Positions 45,716-59,311 are shown, counted from the first letter of the whole stretch. The stretch is DNA of 62,968 nucleotides, filler included, from Hyphochytrium catenoides (GCA_900088475.1; 9 parts of 9 records of this genome joined end to end with filler, not necessarily neighbours in it); one strand, 5' to 3'. Notes: generated by a model not told the origin, from the letters alone. Numbers and translations are program-made.

Positions 45716-47667
45716 CAATTTCCTTACTGGCGGCTTGGCATGTGGCAGTGATCTGGGAGAAAGAAGACCTAACCAACCGCACGGACCGCTGGCCACGAGT
45801 CGACGAGATGAACAACAGGCCTGGGGATAGACAATGCAGCACGGAACAGCGTCCCATTCGGAAAATGACCATCTCTTCAGCTTGCAGACAGGTTAAGAAA
45901 GGTCACAGTGTACCAACTTATGTGGGACGACTCTAGCCAACCCAATACCACTGGGCAACAACCTGAAATGCGCTGATAACATGATAAAAGGTTAACGAGC
46001 ACCTATTGGAGGCCGGTCCATTCTATCATGTTACTAGTGCATTTCAGCTTGTTACGTTAGAGCTAGTGCGGATACTGGCAGTGGGCTGGCTCAGGTGTGG
46101 TATGCAAGTTACTCGTGCTCTCAATTGACGCGAGCGAACATCAATATTTTAAGGAAGATGGGGAAAGAAAGCACAGAGAGGAAAGGCGCTTGGTCCCAGC
46201 TTGAACCTCTGAAAAGAAGGCCTCATTGGCCCTGAGCTTTGTCCTCGTTATGGTTAGCCGGTAAGACATCATTCACTGCAGATGGTCTGCAGTGGGAAGG
46301 TTAAAGAAGAAGCTCTTACCTCCGCGGCAGGACGATAGTGCAGCAGATACCAGCAAAAAGTTACATAATCGCAAGATAGACGAATTAAAGAGCTGAGCTG
46401 GCTCACCATTGACGGATGGGACGAGGGCTGCAGGCACCTGTATCACTATCATAAAGGGAGAGCAGCGATTGACACAAGCTCTGCCGCAGCAGCAAATAGA
46501 TGGTTGAGACTTCTTATAAAGGAGGAGGTGGGGCACAGGCGGCGTCCGATCTCTTCCTATAGGCCATACATACTCTCCTCCCTACTATTAGCTATGTAGG
46601 GTCTACATTTGGAGACTCCTTAGTGGTATGTTTTCAAGGTTTCTTCTGGTTCTTCAAAATCCAGCTTTACATCTATTTGCTCCGTAGCAGTGTCCCTCGA
46701 ATGGTCGCAATTTCATAAGGATTAGAGATCCCCAGATCGATCAGGACCCCTGCAAGCATGTACCAATTTGCTAGCTAGATGTGTGTGCCTTGACATAGTT
46801 GCCATATGAGGACGTGAGTGAAATCTCTGTCATTGTCCAGATCTCTTCAGAAGAAAGGTCATCAGCCTCTGAAGTGTCTGGGAAATCTCTGAATAAAACG
46901 AAGCTCTGAATGGTCGATGATGATCTTCAAGCCGCTAACGCCATTGAATGTTTCACTGAAACATAGGGTTCACTACACAGGATAGGATTAATATTACTAA
47001 TACGTAGTAGCCCAAATTTTGTCATGGGTTATGAATGCCTTTATCTGTAGTATTACTATGTTGTTCTTTACAATATTTCTTCTGGACTTCCTACTTGTAC
47101 CGTCGTCTTTGTGTTGTATGTCCTCCTTCGCACATTCATCTCTATCAAATCTCTTTGGCCTTATGTCAGGGTAATGGTATTACTCTGTCTCTTACTCTGT
47201 CTGGCCCGGTTGTTCCTGCTCTGTCTCGTTCCTGGACTGGCTCTTTGCATCCATTATTCTGTCTCTTGCTTTCTCTGCTGTTCTCCTCTGCTTCCTTTCT
47301 TGCGGCGTGTGCCGCTCACATGCCCGAACCGATTTATCTGGGAAGATGGCGCGTCACGAAGATTCAGACAGAGCTCAGATTGAGACTTCATCAGCACGAG
47401 TTCCTGAGTTTAAACCTCTTGGAGAACGTAGACTAAGAGACCATTTATAGATAAGTGTGAGGACAGGGAGGGGCTTTCTACGCGTTCTCTCCTTTCAACG
47501 TAAAACGCCCCAAGGACAAGTGTGCCCGTGTTCCCAAGAAGGAGGCAAGAAAAGGAAGGCGCTGATAGACCTGAATCTCTCTTGTTTCCTCTTGCGGCGG
47601 GACGTAAACGGCAGACTTCGCCTTGAACTTTCTCTTTCAATTTATTGTGACCGTAAACGTGGAAGGA

Positions 47668-48026
47668 TGCCAGGCATGCTTCCGCCTTCGGGTCGGAAGA
47701 ATACGATTGAAGGTGTTGACGGTTCTCCCTTGATTTCATGGGATGATCTCGAGGCAGGAGAAGCCTACGATCGGCTAAGCTCCACCTCAGTGAAATCCAC
47801 CGCACCAAGCATTGGCTCGTTGAAGAAAGCAGTTGCTGCTCGCCTCACCTCAGCTAGAGGAGGTGCAGCAAGGACAGGGACGCCGTCATCACGTGATTCT
47901 CTGTCTTCCACCACGGGTCAGAGTGGCGCAAAGAGCACTGAACCAAAGGCAAGCAGGAAGAAAAAAGGCACAAATGTGGCGATAAACCGAAAGTCGAGGG
48001 CAAATCTTATCAAAAAGGTTCTCTGA
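47668..48026 (+). CDS. Possible hypothetical protein or gene remnant
   Basis: Non-repetitive open frame (MPGMLPPSGRKNTIEGVDGSPLISWDDLEAGEAY...). No family recognised. Confidence 0.25.
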
Positions 48027-48838
48027 ATGCACCTTCCCTAAGCCTGGCCGGCTAAACTGGGCCAACAGCAGAAAGGGTTATCGCCCCTGGACAACGGGAG
48101 TGAGGGCCAAGATGGCCAGACAAAGCGCTTCCAGGTGCTTGCAGACAGTGAAGAAGAAGTCTCTAACTCGCGATCAAGAGCTTTTTAAAGCAGGGAAGAG
48201 ACAGAAGGCCTGCAGGCAGGAGATAGAAGAAGACAGAGACTAAAGCCTGATTGCCCAAAGCCCCAGGTTATGCCCGTCCCAGGAACAGATCTTAGAGCTT
48301 CATCGCGATTTCTGATTGTCCCTGTGGCAGTGCCGCAGGTTAGAGGTATACTTTTCAGAGGAGAGAAGCCCAGGGGACTCTCTCTCTTTCGTTTGCTGCT
48401 CTCTCCTCTGGCCGTCTTAGCTCTTTGCTCCTTTTCTTCTCCTCAGTCTCGTCCAAACTCTCTCCTTGCGGTGCTGGGCTGGAGAGGAGGATGTACATTT
48501 GATGTTTTCTTCCTTCATTGAAGGTGTCTTACTAATATAAATAGAGCTTTCATTATCCTTTCTTTATCACTCTCTCTCACTGTCTCTCTCTTTTTTCCTC
48601 TCTTTCTTCTTTTCCTCCTCCTTCTCTCTCTCGCTTCCTCTCTCTCTCTCTTTTGTTCTTTCTCTCTGTTGCTCTCGTAGTCAGTACTGGTACGTATAGC
48701 TTACACCTCTTCCCCGGAATGCAGTCCCACGTCCTATTTCCCTTGCGGAGGATCAGACGTCCAAGAAACTTCCATGTTCCTGTCGCTCTCTCATCTTCTC
48801 CTGTCTGTCTCTCTCTCTCCTTCCTCTCTCTCTCTCTT

Positions 48839-49403
48839 CTACTGCACCAAACACATAGCATTGCAGCATTTCTGACAGCAATCCTGCTCTCTCTCTCTGT
48901 CTCTCTCTTCCTCATCGTCCTCCCCGTCTGGCAAAAGTCTCACGGAAAGGTCTCCCTCTCCGTCCAGATAAGAGGAGTCGCGGGCTGTGCTATGTGAACT
49001 GCTGTCTCTTCTCTCTCTCTTCTCTCTTTCTTTTTTCTTCCTCTCCTCTTCCTCTGCCTGGAGGGTGGAGACCCACTCCGTAAGGTTTGTCACCTCCATG
49101 CGGAGGCGATGGAGCTCGTCTTCTTTCTCTTCAAGAGAAGACTTTAGCTTGACCACGTCTTCTGAACCCTTACTAGACTTGCCTTCGTACTGCAGAGAGA
49201 GAGAGAGAGTAAGGATCTCCGACTGGAATTCGTGGCACAGTAATAATTGGCCGAGGAGAGAGAGAGAGAGAAAGAGAGAGGGAAGCGTCACCTCTCTCTT
49301 CAGCTTTTCAGCTTCTTGTAGGCGCTCCGCGGTCTCCTCTAGCTGCTGCTTCAGGTGCACGACTTCTTCTTTCAGATCTAAGAAAGAGGCAAAACACTTA
49401 GTT

Positions 49404-49453
<50 letters not shown>

Positions 49454-49812
49454 GTCTCTCTCTCGCTTCCTCTCTCCTCTCTCTCTTTCTTTCTCTCTCT
49501 CCCTCTTTCTTCTTTCGTCTCTCTCTCCTTTGCTCCATTTCACTCCTTCTTACCATTAGATTCAGTCTTCATAGCAGAGAGCTCCGCACTGATGGAGCTC
49601 TCTCTCTTCGTGGCTTGTGCTAGCGCCACTTCAGCTTCCGTGAGAGATTGTGCTCTGCTCTCAATCTCTTCTTTCTCCTTCTTTCTCTCTTCCATTCTCT
49701 CTTCCAAGTCTTCCTCCAAAGCTAGGATCAGACGCAGAGTCAGCGACAGCAGATGCGAAAGTGAGGTAACAGGAGCAAGAAAGAAGGGGAGAGAGAGACA
49801 AAGAGAGGGAGA

Positions 49813-49854
<42 letters not shown>

Positions 49855-50228
49855 CTGAGAAGGGAGAACGAAAGAGACGCTTACCTTTCGCTCTCGCCAG
49901 TGCGGCCCGTACAGACGCTTCCAGCTCGATCACTTTCATCTGCAGCCCAATAACTTCACTCTCTTGGCCCTGAAGGAGGAGAGAGGAGGCAGAGAAAGCG
50001 AGAGTGAGTCATTAAAGAAAAGAGAAAGAAAAAAGCAGACAGGAGAGAGAGAGAGAGAGAGAGACAAGATACAGAGAGAGAGAGAGAGAGAAATCCAGAT
50101 TGGAGATGTTTGAAGAGAAAGAGGAAGCGAATTTGGGGGCCTGAACGGCGTTCAAGGAAGAGAAGAACAACGTTGCTTCAACGGCAGAGGTGAAGAGATA
50201 TTTGTAATGCGGTATCTCTCCCTTTCTC

Positions 50229-50264
<36 letters not shown>

Positions 50265-51717
50265 ACCTCAATGTCCTCTTCAGCCTTTTCAGTAGATGCT
50301 AGTGGAATCACTCTATGGGTCATACAGAGTTAAGAAGGTAGGGCAGAAAAGAGAGACACGCAGGGAGAGACAGAGGGAGAGATAGGCAGAGAGAGATAGG
50401 GAGAGAGAGAGAGAGAGAGAGAGGGAGAGATAGAGACAGACAGAGACCACCGAAAGAGAAAAGAGAGCGACAAGAGGAGGAGAGAAAGGGGTGAGACCTT
50501 TCAGTACTTCGTATAGAAAAAAAGTGGGAAAGATGGAAAAGGTTTGAGCGAGAGAGAGAGAGAGAGAGACACCAGACAGCTAGGGCTGTCCTGGCAGAGA
50601 TATCCCAAGCGTGGGCAACAACAGAGAGAGAGAGAGAGCATTGAGGGAAAAAGCCCAGACGTAACAAGGGGACGGAGAGAGTCCAAAAGCTGAGACAACA
50701 TTGAAAGGGAAAAGAGAAACGCGCGCGCGCGAGAGAGAGAGATCATATTTCTCACTTTTCCGAAGAGATAAGATCGTCCATAGTTCTCGTCACCTCTCTG
50801 GCTTCAGAAAGGAGCTTTCGTACCCGCTCTTCCTTTCTTTTACGTGTCTCTCCTGTCTTCTCTTCCTTCTTTTCCTCTCCTTGACCATCTCTCTCTCTCT
50901 TGTCCAGCAGCTCCTTCAGAAGCTGCAGCTGGCGGTATGAGAAAGGAGAGAGAAAGAAGGCTCTTCTTAGTGGAAGTGAGAGTAAACGAAAGGGAATAGG
51001 AGAGAGAGAGAGAGAGTAGGGAAGAGACAGAGGAACGACAAGTAGCAGAGACACAGCAGAGCGAGAAGAAGACAGAGAGTGAAAGAGAGTAGGATGAAGA
51101 GAGGATAACAACGAGAAAAAGGAGAGACATAGAGAGAGGAAAAGTTATCCATGAAGGATGAAGAAGACGAACGGAGTAGCAAGAAGAGACAGAGAGAGAC
51201 AGAGAAGAGGGAGAGAGACAGAGAAGAGAAGCAGAGAGACAGAGAAGAGAGGGAGAGAGACAGAAGAGACAGATTGAGGAAGAGAGAACAGTGAGACCCC
51301 GAAAGCAGAGAGAGAGAGAGAGAGAGAGAGAAAGAAGAGAGAGAGAGAGAAAGAGCGAGAGAGAGAGCAGTGACGGCTGGCTACCAGTTCTTCCTTAGAG
51401 AGACTCTCTATCTCTTTCCTTCTTTCCTTGTGGATGTTCTTCTTCTCTTCCGGCGCTGCTGAGCCCCAGAGTTCGCCGCTGCGGACGCGGACAATGTCTC
51501 TCTTTTCTCCTCTGTCTCCTTCTTCTTCTTCATCTTCTTCTTTGCGGTCCTTCTTCTCTCCCGTTTTCTCTTCCTCTGTCTGCGTCTCTCCCTCCTCTTC
51601 CTCGCCCTCTCCTTCCTCCTCAACCTCCTTTACCTCATCATCCTGTCTCTCTTCCTTTGTCTCTTCCTCTTTCTTCTCCTTCTTCCCTTTGCGGTGACCT
51701 CGATTCTTCTTCCCCAT
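48839..51717 (-). CDS. Multi-exon coiled-coil protein with a C-terminal Cys cluster and CaaX box
   Basis: Starts MGKKNRGHRKGKK. Heptad-rich exons are bounded by GT/AG (LKEEVVHLKQQLEETAERLQEAEKLKRE; LKSSLEEKEDELHRLRMEVTNLTEWVSTLQ). Ends DCCQKCCNAMCLVQ*. Confidence 0.75.
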
Positions 51718-52645
51718 TATCTTTTGACCAGAATATTGAGAGAGAGAGTGAGAGAGAGAAAGAGAGAGACCGGGACAGAAGATTAATGCTTTGCAGATAG
51801 GATGAAATAGGAGAGAGAGAGAGTGTGTGCTGAAAAGAGAGACAGACGAGAAGGACTTCACCTGCGAAAGGGTGAAGATGTTGGTTTTGCTCGAGAGAGA
51901 GAGAAGGGAACTTTGAGCGCTGATGAAGCGTTGTGGGAAAGCAGACTGACTAAGGAAGAGAGAGAATCGAGGAAGGAGGACGCAGACGGGAGAGAGAGGG
52001 AGAGAGAGAAGAGAGAGAGAGACATGGAGCGAGAGAGAGAGAGAGACGCAGAGAGAGAGAGAGACGCAGAGAGAGAGAGAGATCCAAGCGGCATGATAAC
52101 ACGGTCGGACGCACAGGTTAGGAAACGAGTCTTCTATTTCCTGTGGCCCAGGATACACCACAAACGATCAGAATCCTGTACTTTTCCAAGGCTACCGCAG
52201 ATTCCTTGTCTAAGAGCGAATACTTGCTTCCCTTTCTCTCTCTCTCTCTCCTTTCTCTCTCTCTCTCTCTCCTTTCTCTCTCTCTCTCTCTCTCTCCTTT
52301 CTCTCTCTCTCTCTTCTTTTCTCTCTCTCTCTCTTGCATCTCTTCCATCCACCATCGGAATCACTCGCCTTGCGCACACTTCCACTTTGCCACGACGATG
52401 TGCATGATGTAGGCAGGCAGCAATTTTCTTTTGTCTCTTTGCCCACTTCTCCCTCCCAAGCTCTCTCTCTCTCTCTTTCTCCTCTCCAAACCCTGAGCCA
52501 CGTCCATTTCAGAGTCCACGCAAAAGAGTTAACGGACGGGCACTTAGCAGGAGGCAAGACCCAAGAGATGGAGCGAAAGAGAGAAGAGCTTTCATCTCAC
52601 ACTCTGCTGGGAAGAGAAAGAGAGAGGGAGAGAGAAAGGGGAGAC

Positions 52646-54124
52646 ATGGAGGAGGATGCAGAATGGCAAGAGCTTCTCCGCCAGCAGGAGCTCTTTCTTC
52701 AGGGCCAAGTCAAGCCTGCCGTCAAAGTCATCCGCTCCGCTCCTCTCTCTCAGCCCGTACAGCGAGACATTATCTCCCTTGATCCCTCAGACGGAGGAGG
52801 GAGAAGAGAGAGAGAAGAGAGAGAGAGAAGAGAGAAGCTAGAGAGAGACAATTCTTCAGAGCTCCCGCAAGGGACGAAGAAAGTCTCACGCTTCGCTCGC
52901 TCGAGAGCCGCAGCCTCTTCCTCTGCTCCTGCTCCTTCTCAAGCTTCCCTTCCAGCAGAGCGCGAAGAGAGAGAGACAAGAGAGAAAGAAGAGAAAGAGA
53001 GAGAGAGAGAAGAAACTGGAAGAGGAGGGAGACAAGAGGACCTGCCCGCTCTTCTAGCGCAGATCCAGGAGAAAGACCCAAATCTTCTCTTTCAAGACTT
53101 TAGACCCAGGCGCCGCCCTACCGCAGGCGGGTTCCCTAAGCCCGCGCACAGAAGCAAAGCTGTCTCTTCCTCTCTCTCTTCTTCTCTCTCTCCTCCTTCC
53201 TCTTCTTCGTCTTCTGTTCTCTCTCCTTCTCCCTCTCCATCTCGCGCTACCTGGAAAAAGTTTGAGCGCGTCTCTCTCCCCTTGGCAGCAAGGTAAGACG
53301 TCAACTTTCTCCTCTTTCTTCGTTCTCTCGACTTTTCTCTCTCTCCTTTCTTTCTGCTCCATCTCTTCTCTGTCTTGCCTTTCTCTCTATGTCTCTCTTC
53401 CTCGATTTCTTTTCCAACCCGTTCTTTCGCGATGTTCTGATGGATGGTTTGCATCCTCCTTTTCTTCTCTTTCGATGTCCCTCGCCCTCTTCTCTTCCAG
53501 GTCAAAAGTACGCTCTCTTCTTTTTCTCTCTCTCTCTCTTTCCTCTCTCTCTCTCCTTGTTTGTGATGCTCCTCCTGCCCGTCGAACTCACTCTTCCTCT
53601 CTCTCTCTCTCTCTGATCCCTCATCGATCACTGCTGCCACTTAAAGGAAAGAAGAGAAGAGAGAGAGCGAGAGAGACGAAGAGATCCATGGTCACAACCT
53701 CCAGAAAATCTCAGCGATGTCACTGGAAGAGATCAGAGAGGCACAGAAAGAGTTGCAATCTTTCTTCTCTCCCGCCGCGCTCGAGAAATTGAGAGAAAGA
53801 GGAAGAACAAAGCTGTCATCATCCTCTTCTCCCTCTTCCTCTCCAACTCTCTCTCTCACTAAGGACGAACACCAGGAAGAAATAACAGAAATAGTGGTGA
53901 GGGAGGGAAAAGAGAGAGAGAATGCTGCCCAAGAAGGGAGACAAGACGCTACTAAAGAAGAGAGAGACGACAGGGAGAGAGAAGAGAACATAAATGACCT
54001 TCTCCCCTCGATCCGCAGTCCTGAGGAGCTGCTGGAGGTGGCGCAGCGCGTGCTACCGGAGACAGAACTGGCTAAACTTCAGTGGGTCATTCCGGATGCA
54101 GAGGGAGAGAGAGACGAAGAGAAG
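52646..54124 (+). CDS. RPAP1: RNA polymerase II-associated protein 1 (RPAP1/Rba50)-like, 5' part
   Basis: LLRQQELFL...KPAVKV, KKVSRFARSR, QIQEKD, GGFPKPAHRS, EIHGHNLQKISAMSLEEIREAQKELQSFFSPAALEKLRER (RPAP1 N-motif) and ELAKLQW. Confidence 0.82.
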
Positions 54125-54437
54125 GTAAGGTAGCCAAAGGAGAAGAGAGAAAGAAAACATTTGGAAGGAGAGGTACCATGGAAAGGAAGAGAAAGTTTAG
54201 GAGAGAGAGGGAGACGGACGGAGTCGTAGGGGGAAAGAGAGACAGACATGTATGTTGAGCAGCCAGAAAGGCACAAAGAAAGGGAGGGAACAAAATAAGA
54301 GAAATACACACGGAGAGAGAGAGAGAGAGAGAGAGAGNNNNNNNNNNNNNNNNNNNNNNNNNNNNNNNNNNNNNNNNNNNNTTAATTAATTAANNNNNNN
54401 NNNNNNNNNNNNNNNNNNNNNNNNNNNNNNNNNNNNN

Positions 54438-54891
54438 CTCTCTTCTCTCAGCATTTCTCCATCTCTTCTCTCTTCTTCCTCTTCTTTCTGTCTCTGCACC
54501 CCTGGGCCCAAAGCTCTCTTGGTCACAGCTGTGAAGAGCATCAAGGAAGAGTTCCGGACTGGCCAAGCTATGGATTGGAAGCCTACGGAGAGAGAAAGAG
54601 AGGAGAGAGGAAGAAAGAGAGAGACAGAGACCCCAAAAGACCGGTTAGTTCGAGACCTAAGGTGATCAGCGACCGTAGAGAAGGAAGAATAAGAAGAAAA
54701 AGTGACAGACAAAGTCAAAGAGAGAGATAGAGAGAGAAAACGACTACGAGGGCCAGAGAAGGGACAGAGAGAAAGAGAGAGAGAAGAGAGAACAACAACC
54801 CATCGCATATATTGCATGATCCTGCTTCCCCTTTGCTCTTGTGCTCTATTCGACCATGATCAGTTCCTTCTCTCTACCCTTCTCTCATAGA

Positions 54892-54922
<31 letters not shown>

Positions 54923-56726
54923 CCCTTCCTCTTCTCGTCCTCGTTTACCTCTGACGGCCAAGACCAGCGCTTCTGTGACATACGGCACCAGATCCTCTGC
55001 CAAGGAAGAATCTGTGAAGATAAGTTTTAAGACATTCAAAGAGTGCACCCGCGCTCGCCAGGCCTCTCTCTCTCTCTCTCTTTCTGTCACCCCTATTTCC
55101 TCATTATCCTTTTCTCTCTCTCTCTTTTGCCCTCTCTCTTTCTTTCCCTCCTCTGGCTCTACTGCCAGCGAGGCGGAAGAGAGAAGACGCTTCATAACAA
55201 GGGGAAGAAGGACGGGAGAGACATTCCTTGGTTCTGCGCGGAGAATGGAGAGAAAAGAGAAAGAGAATCCTGCACTTCTCCTGAGAACAAAGAGCTGAGT
55301 AGACCTTTCCATTCTCTCCAAGAGCTGCTCTACCCAGACATGGGGTAGATGAGAGAGAGGCACTATCTTCTCTTTCTCTCTATCTCCTTCGGGTCCCTTC
55401 TGCTTAGCAGAGGCGGCAGAAGAGAGAAGAGGAAACGAAGCGATAGAAAGAAGAGTTGTCTCTCCTCTCTCTCCTGTCAACCTTCTCTCTGTGCCCAGCC
55501 TAAGAAGAACCTCAGAGATAGATTGCAAGGCAGTGGAGGCGGTGGCCAGAGCTCCANNNNNNNNNNNNNNNNNNNNNNNNNNNNNNNNNNNNNNNNNNNN
55601 NNNNNNNNNNNNNNNNNNNNNNNNNNNNNNNNNNNNNNNNNNNNNNNNNNNNNNNNNNNNNNNNNNNNNNAGAGCCAGGATGCGATGACTGCGTGTTGGG
55701 CAGAAGGAAGAAGAAAGTCGTCTTCTCCTTCTTCTTCTCTCTCTTCTTCTCTCTCTCCTTGTAAGATAATGTGCCCTCTGCAGTCTACCTTTAGAGAGGA
55801 GCTGCTGTTAGGGTTAGAGACAGTCTTGAAGTACGCCTCTCTCTCTTTTTCTCTCTCTCCCTCAATCGTCTCCTCTCCAAATCCTGCCGGACTCTCCGCA
55901 ATAACGTTGGCTGCGTACCGTAAGACTCTATAGAGAAGGCCTTCCAATGAGAGAAGGAGAGACCGCCATATTTCCCTCTCTTTTCCTTCTTCCTCCTTTC
56001 CAGGATGATAATCTGTCTCCTTTCTCTCTTTCTTCTCTTTCTCCTTATCGCTCTGGCCTCCCTTCTTTCTCTCTCCCCCTCTCTCTGCTCTTTCAGGAGA
56101 AAATCTGTGGCGCAGTTTGAGATCTTGCAAAGTAAAGCGGAGAGATGTGATGAGCCCATGTAAGAGAAGAGGGCGGGAGAGAGTCTGCGGCGCATCTTCC
56201 CTTTCTCTTTCTCCTTCGCCTTCACCTTCCTCTCCAACTACTCCGCGCAGCTTCCTGTCATATTGCTCCAGGGTCTCCAATCTGCCTTGCACCAGCAATA
56301 AAATGGAGACAAAGAACTTTTGCTCTGCATTTAATTCTTCGATCTCCGTCTGAGATAGATTTACCGTCTTCGTAGGGTCGGAATCTCCGTCTGGGATCTG
56401 AAAAATTGTTCCCAGATCCTTAACATACTTCAAAAAGAGAATCTGCGAAAAGAACAATGCGCGTCAGAGCTTCTAAGAATTAAAACGAGGAGAAAGGAGA
56501 ATATTAAAAACTATAAAAGGAGAGAGAGAAAGGCATTGAAAAGAGCATGGAAGCGCCAGGGAGGAGCCCGAATAGAAGGTGAAACAGTGCGTCAGCCCCA
56601 GCGAGAGAGAGAGAGGGAGGGGAGAGAGAGGGAGGTGGGGAGTCGGGCAAATGTAAAGAAGAGAGAGAGAGAGGCACGTACTGAAGTCGGGCAAATGTAA
56701 AGAAGAGAGAGAGAGAGAGAGAGACA

Positions 56727-56758
<32 letters not shown>

Positions 56759-57127
56759 AAAGAGAGAAAGAAGAAATAAAGGAGAGGGTCATGGGGCACT
56801 TAAAGGCGACTATAGACAGGGACGTGAGAGACGAAAGAAAGAAAGTCACGAGAAAGAGAGCAGAGAGAAAAGTTGCTTCAGCCTAGAAACTCACTCTCAA
56901 GACAGAGGCGCCAGCGTCGCTCTCTCTCTGTCTTGGACTGGCGGTAAGAGAGAGAGCAGAAGAGAGAACTGGGGAGAGAGAGAGACCTGGAAGAGGAGAA
57001 GGAAGACGAAGGAGGACGTGGAAGGCTGAAGATCGCACTCTATCCCACGCGCAGTGCAGCTCCGAAAGAAGAGAAGAGACACTCTCTGGACTGCAGAGAT
57101 GAGGGAGTAGTGTCGCGATGTCTGCAT

Positions 57128-57158
<31 letters not shown>

Positions 57159-57299
57159 AAAGAGAGAGAAAGAGACAAATAAAGAATAGCCGTTAAGGGA
57201 GAGGACAGAAGAGACATCAGTTCCGAACGACTTAGGAGGCCAAGAAAGAGAGAGCGAGGTTGAAAACGTATGACTTTCAATGAGTCACTCCTCCTACTT

Positions 57300-57331
<32 letters not shown>

Positions 57332-58277
57332 TCCTGTGTGTGGGTCTCTCTCTCTCTCTTCTCTCACCTTCTTCTCTTCTGCTAGTCTCTGCACTGTCGA
57401 GCAGGATCTTCATTAGCTCCAATCCCATCAGTTTCCTTGCAGTTGGGGCAGACGGATACAGCTGAGAGAGAGAGAAACGCTGCAGCCACGAAGAGAAAGA
57501 TGAGGACGCTTCAATTTCTCTTCTCTTTTTCTCCATCTCCAGAGCATCGCCTTACAAACAGCAAAGAGAAGAGATAATGAGGAGGGACGCGACCGGGAGA
57601 AGTGGGGCAGAAGAGAGAGAGGGGGAGAGGGGCGAGGCAGAGAAAAGAAAGAAGAGAGAGAGAGATAGATAAAAAGAGAGAGAGTGAGGGGGGGAAGCGA
57701 CAACAGAGAGAAGGAAGACGGGTGTTGAGGATAAAAATGTAAGAGAAACCCGACCACTGCCAGCATGAAAGAGAAAGAGCTTAAAAGGAGAGAGAGAGAC
57801 AGAGAGAGAGAGAGCAAAAGGGAGCAGACTGCCTCTGGTTCAGTGAGAAAAGAGAGAAGCGACATCGACGTTGAAAAAGAGGGCACAGAGGGACCACCGC
57901 CGCAGTGACCAAAGAGAAAAGTAAATAGAGAAAACGCGCGCCAGAGAGAGAGAGAGAGAGAGAAAGAAGCGAGAGAAAGACTAGAGAGAGAGAGAGAGAA
58001 ACACCAAGGCTAGAGAGTGTGGAGAGACTACACAAAGAAGCGCAAAGACAATCTGGCAGCACTTTCACTCCCTCTCTCACTTCTAACTCTCTCTCTCTCT
58101 CTCTTTCTCTCTTACCATTCTTCCTCTTGAGATCCTTGAGCTCTCTCCCCGTGACTCTCCTGCTCTCTTCCAGTCTCCCCACCATCCGCCTCAGCGCTGT
58201 GACATATTTCTGACGGTGATCGTCACTCACAGAGCCGAAGGAAGGAGGAAGAAAGAGCTTCAACAGCGCAACCTAGA

Positions 58278-58342
<65 letters not shown>

Positions 58343-58493
58343 AAGGAAAGGCGGTGAGGGAAGGAGAGAAAGAGAAGATGTGAGAGGGAGAGAGAGACAT
58401 GACAGTGAGGGGATACAGGAAAGAGAGAGCTTGTGCCAAGGTACTTGAGTTTTCTCTTCTTCTCCTTCTTCTTTCTTTCCTAATGCCTGTTTC

Positions 58494-58530
<37 letters not shown>

Positions 58531-59050
58531 AGTTCCCTTACCTCCTCTTGCGAGAGAGGCGCCGTCACCTTGGGCACGGCACTGAGAGCTTCCAATGCAA
58601 CGAGACGCAGGTCTTCCTCTTCATGAAGGAGAGAACGGGCAAAGAGGGAGAAGGAAATGCCCCTTTCTCTCTCTTCCCTTGTCTTGTCTCTCTCTCTCTC
58701 CTCCTGCTCGGAAGAGAGAGGCAAGATGCGATAGGTTCCTGGGATACCCAGCTTTCTCCCTATTTTCACCAGAGTGAGAATGGCGAGAGAGACACTTTCT
58801 TCTCTCTCTCTCGTTGTGTCTCTCTCCTCACTGTCTTTCTCTTTCCTTTCTCTCTCTCTCATTTCGGAGAGGAGAGACCAGAAGCTCTGTGGATCTTCCT
58901 GAAGAATGAGGGGAAGAAGATGGGAGGCCACCCGAAAGCGTGTTCTCTCCGACAGAAGCGCGGAAGAGACAGGAGAGAGCCAAATCTCTCTCCCTTTCTC
59001 TTTTTGTCCTCCCTCCTCTTTCGAGTATTGACGGATAAGCTGCACGCAAG
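54438..59050 (-). CDS. THADA: THADA/Trm732 armadillo-repeat protein, internal fragment, multi-exon
   Basis: LRRSAGFSFSFLSILRAEP, RVHSLNVLKLIFTDSSLAEDLVPYVTEALVLAVRG, WPVRNSSLMLFTAVTKRALG; also AQHAVIASWL and DDHRQKYVTALRRMVGRL. Confidence 0.88.
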
Positions 59051-59311
59051 TGGCAAAGAAGAGAGAGAGAGAGAGAGACACACAGGGAAGATGAGCGGGC
59101 GTGAGAGAGACAGGTCATGTGGGAAACAAGGAGAGAGAGAGAGAAATGGATCCGAAACTTGTCCAAGATCAGTTTTAATCGATTGTGTAATCCTCTCTCT
59201 CTCTCTCTCTCNNNNNNNNNNNNNNNNNNNNNNNNNNNNNNNNNNNNNNNNNNNNTTAATTAATTAANNNNNNNNNNNNNNNNNNNNNNNNNNNNNNNNN
59301 NNNNNNNNNNN

